From contig OZ296648.1 of assembly GCA_965655095.1 (NCBI GenBank), positions 100,440,001-100,504,000 on the forward strand: 64,000 nt of DNA, given 5' to 3'. The notes below the pieces were generated by a model. That model did no database searches. It was not told where the DNA came from and was given only the letters and a program-made list of their open reading frames with translations. This stretch comes from Haplodiscus bocki (Eukaryota). Below, piece after piece: positions 60,201 through 64,000 of the stretch; position 1 is the first letter of the stretch, and every line of letters starts with the position of its first letter. The position numbers were made by a program, and so were the translations under genes.

Positions 60201-63000
60201 ACAAAATACCGGACAGTTCTTACCATGCTTACATGAATTTTACACAGAGCTTTATTGGCGAACTTTCTCTGAATTTTGAATCTCTAGGGGCATGTCTGTG
60301 GTTCGGTAGATGTTGTATTTTGAGCTCTCTGCGCCATTCAGTACTGTTTAACGTATATTCTGTTTAATTTCCATTTCATCCTTTTAATGTTTTTTTTTCG
60401 ATAATTTCCTCGAAAGCATTAATTTGTTTTCACCAATTCGTATCTAGTGGAGTATTCTGATAAGTGTCTTGACTCTTCCAAGTTGAGAGAACGCAGGCAG
60501 TCTCAAAATTGTAAAAATCATTGAAACAGCTTGGGTACAGGTTTAAAGGAGCGACGGCTAAACAGCGGAAGTGGGCGGAAAAGTTTCAGTTGAAATTAAG
60601 TTTTCAATTGTAATCCTTAGCGGTATCCTGTCAAGCACCTAGCCATTCGGAAGCTGTGCGAACTTTTTGATGAATTTCTTCTGGAAAATAAACTGTTTGG
60701 GCAATGGGGGTATGATTGTTACTCCGTACAATCATCCACAATACGCCGAATCCTTTAAATGTCTGTGCCAAAATTTTCCCAACTCTTGTCTGCCTTCAGC
60801 GGCTATGTTTTGACTTTTTTTACTTTATTAAACTGAAATGTTTTGATTTGAGAACTTCCGATTAATTTGAATGAAACTTGGACTTATTGCTGTTTCTTTC
60901 CGCATCCCTTCGAAAATACCTACTGCTTTGGAGTTTTCTATATTTTACTTTTTTCGAAAAAATTCGAGTCAAATTTTCGGGATACTGCTTCTCGTTTCTG
61001 TAATTGTTCGAAGTTTGAGCAGCTGTTGTTGCAAAATGTCGCAGTGCTACTGCGTTTCTTGTTACTCAAATGACTTTAGATATACTTTTGAACAGTTTTT
61101 CGATAACCTTTCAATTGAACAGAAGATATGAGTTATGACGGGTTCACTGCTTGTTTGCATTTTTTTAGTAGGCGCATAATACAAGCCAGACTTTTACAGT
61201 GACTTTTGGTTACATTTTCAATCCCTCCTAATTGACAACTTTGGTTGGCTGGATGTAATGGTAGCCAGTATTCCTTGGTTTGTCGATTGCTTGACGGCTG
61301 CAGTAGTGTATACATTGTGATTGCTCTTCCACCGATTCTCTGCTTCTCAAATATCCGCAGCCCTCGCCAATTTAGAGTGCCTGCTTTTGGCTGGAAAAAT
61401 AGCCGCCATTCTCGATTTTCTGCGTACGATATTTTTGGCGCTGAATTATTGAAAAATTACACTGGCACAAGCAAGTGTTATACCACAGGCTTCCGATTTT
61501 TCTTTTCCGATCCAATCGCAACTGCACTTATGGCTACATTCTAATGCTGCCTAGATTTTGTTCATGCGCTCTCGCTTGCAAAATTTTGTTTTTGGGCTCT
61601 CGTGCAGCTGCGAAAACTTGTTAACGTGGCCGTGCGCGCTTGATTTAACAATAAAGCCAATTAACTGCTGTAGCAGTTCCTACTTGTTAAATTTGAATTT
61701 GAGTTTACGAGAATTAACTGAATTAATCAAATTTCTGTTCAATTTTCTAATGAGTAGTTTTCGTTGTACCGTAGCGCCTTCAAAAATCAGTTACGCTTGT
61801 TCGATATAATCACTAGTATTCCATTGGCGCAAGTGCTGCGAAGCCCCGCTTCGCTTCTGTGTCGAACTCGGGTCAGGGGTCAGATTTTGACTTATCGCCA
61901 CCCTTGGGTAACCGCCAAAGTATTGGCTGCAAAAATGCCGTAAAATTGAGGGATCACTGTAGTTACCTTTGGTATGATGAATTTACTTGATAAAATCGAA
62001 ACGATTCAAAACGGCAAGACCCCCTCTATGTATTTCGAACGATGCGGGACGAATTTATTAGCCATTCCCGGATTGCGCCCTAGCAATGTTTTTTCTGTCA
62101 TAATACCTACACTTATATGTAACAAATTTATTCTTGGAAAGGCATTCACCAAAAATATTTGAACCAATGACTTTTGCAGGCGCTATTTGTTACTCCAGAG
62201 TCATTTTACTAAAGATGGAAATAGCCTCGAAAAAATGTAAAATGTTTGTCTCAAAAGCCACGATTTCCCATGGATGTTTTGGGCATTAGGGGAGCCGCTA
62301 AGTCCGGTCTTTCCCTGCTTGTTGACCAACGCTCCGATCAGCATAATATCATTCTTACATGTTCCGAAATAGTAACCTCTCTTGTTACCGTGCATTACGT
62401 CATGTGAGAGTACCACGTTTATTCTGTTTTCTTTTATAGCGTGGCCTGTAATTTGTTCAAAATTTTGTCATTTTTTTGAAGTGTATTGTGATTTACTTTT
62501 AGTCGAAGTTTTTTGAGAAAAAGTGCCCGCGATTACAATGTGTTATTTTGGTTTGTTATTTTGACCGCGTAGACGACACTGTTGAACACTAGATTGAAGT
62601 TGCACAATTTTGTTGGTTCCAGAATTGAAGGCCACGACAATGAACAAAAACTCCTGTTTTTTTTCTGGCGATAAACCTGCATTCCATATACCAAAGGTTT
62701 TTTGAAAATGCTTATAACAAAATGTATTGGGAACTAACAGTTTTCTCTGGCAATATATCAAATTGTAATGAAGAGTCCCCGTACAAAATTGTCGAGACCG
62801 AGCGGAAAACATGATAATACCACTTTTGCCGAAGCCATCTTTTTCACAAATAGGATCCCCTTGCACATTTTGAGCCTTGCCGGCTGTGCAATTTTGCAGT
62901 GTTAAAGGCTTTTTTGATCTTCTCAAATTTAAAATTTTACCGTTCTCTAACCTATTTTCAAACTGCCTAGTTGAAGAAAAGGTGTCTTGGAAACCGGATT
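57300..63000 (-). mobile_element. Very degraded second Ty3/Gypsy-like relic (RT-RH-INT, possibly an env-like tail)
   Basis: Minus-strand remnants in pol order: 'GLSGSPNAQ' (~62300, RT PxGL..SP), 'KALRYNENYSL' (~61770, RH-like) and 'GKFWHRHLK..NNHTPI' (~60750, INT-like). Env-like similarity at 57.5-58.6 kb is weak. Confidence 0.35.
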
Positions 63001-63609
63001 ATGCATAGTTTGCTTTATCCTGTCCAATACTTGCAGCCTGTAACGTCATCAGGGAGTGTAGCAGTGTCGTGAGAACGATTAAAAACTATCTTTTTCTAGC
63101 ATGTAGTTGTTTATTTTCGCGTTGTAGAAAGTACTAATTTTGTAAACATATGGTGTGAAAAAATAAACAGCAGCCTCCTGAAATTCATGTTTTTTTCCAT
63201 CAAGGTCTTCAATGTCTTGAATAGTAGGCGGCTCAAAAAGTTATGATCCATTTCAACACTCAAAAATGCTAACATTAGTAAAGAGGACGTCAGAATTTTA
63301 CAGAAACTTCTTGAATCAGCTGTCAGTCATTGCAAATTAGGACACTTATTTCAAACATGAAAGTGAAGATCGCATTTTTGGTCAAATAGAGACAATTTTC
63401 ATACTTTGAATCTAAAATGGTCACTTTCACTCTCTGTGATTCAATGGGTGTGTGATTTCTGATAATTGAAAGGCGAAATAAGATGACATAGAAAGAAGCT
63501 CTGCCACACTATTTACCAACAACAGCTATTTGGAGAGCTTCAAATTTTGAACATATATCGGTTTTTTTGGGTCACCTTCTATGAAATACTGTTGGTGGTA
63601 TGTTGTTCA

Positions 63610-63875
63610 TTTCCGCGTTGTTTACTGTTCAAATCTTAAACATTGGGCTGCAAAATAGTAAAACCTAAAAAGGCATGATTGAGAGGATCAATGTTAGGAT
63701 GAGGCACTGTGACAGATACTTGTCTCAATTCGACTTTCTTTTTTGAACAAAATTTCGATTGACAGCCGGTGTGGTAATTCTAAAATTGTCTCAGGTCCTT
63801 CGATGTGTAATTCTTACTTTTGATCTCTACTGAAAAGTCAGAATGTGTTGCGAAGTTCCCCTTCGTTTCTGTGTA
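63610..63875 (+). repeat. Dispersed repeat, copy B (matches 52360-52612)
   Basis: See copy A. Confidence 0.75.
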
Positions 63876-64000
63876 TACCTTTCTATCCGAACCTAATGTA
63901 TGTTACCATTGGTGCCTATGCTCTAGTAAGCGCTGGCCATTTTTTTGTCAAGCAATTTAGTAAAATTTTGAAGTTTGAGCTCAAAGTTTTTGTTTAGCAA

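Overview
This is AT-rich, repeat-dominated eukaryotic (invertebrate-like) genomic DNA with one 200-N scaffold gap. Most ORFs in the supplied track are spurious. One host gene is well supported: a 4-coding-exon TMEM198-like gene (40475-48480, +, ~590 aa). It has an unusually long Tyr/Gln/Pro-rich cytoplasmic tail ending in a class I PDZ-ligand-like motif. The rest is layered mobile DNA. (1) Five copies of a non-autonomous Helentron/DINE-1-like (HINE) element with sub-terminal inverted repeats, a 3' hairpin, an internal ~120-bp tandem array and an embedded tRNA-Glu(CTC)-like segment; one copy is inserted into another. (2) A heavily decayed Polinton/Maverick (adintovirus-like) endogenous virus at ~9.9-20.1 kb with protease, capsid, packaging ATPase and pPolB relics that the ORF track misses. 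(3) An env-bearing Ty3/Gypsy element (20105-35726) whose 3' LTR is split by a CR1/L2-like LINE. (4) A second LINE with a PHD-type ORF1 joined in frame to ORF2 across UGA-CUAG. (5) Older BEL/Pao-like and Gypsy-like relics plus small tandem arrays. Protein-family calls come from manual translation compared with remembered family motifs, not from database searches.
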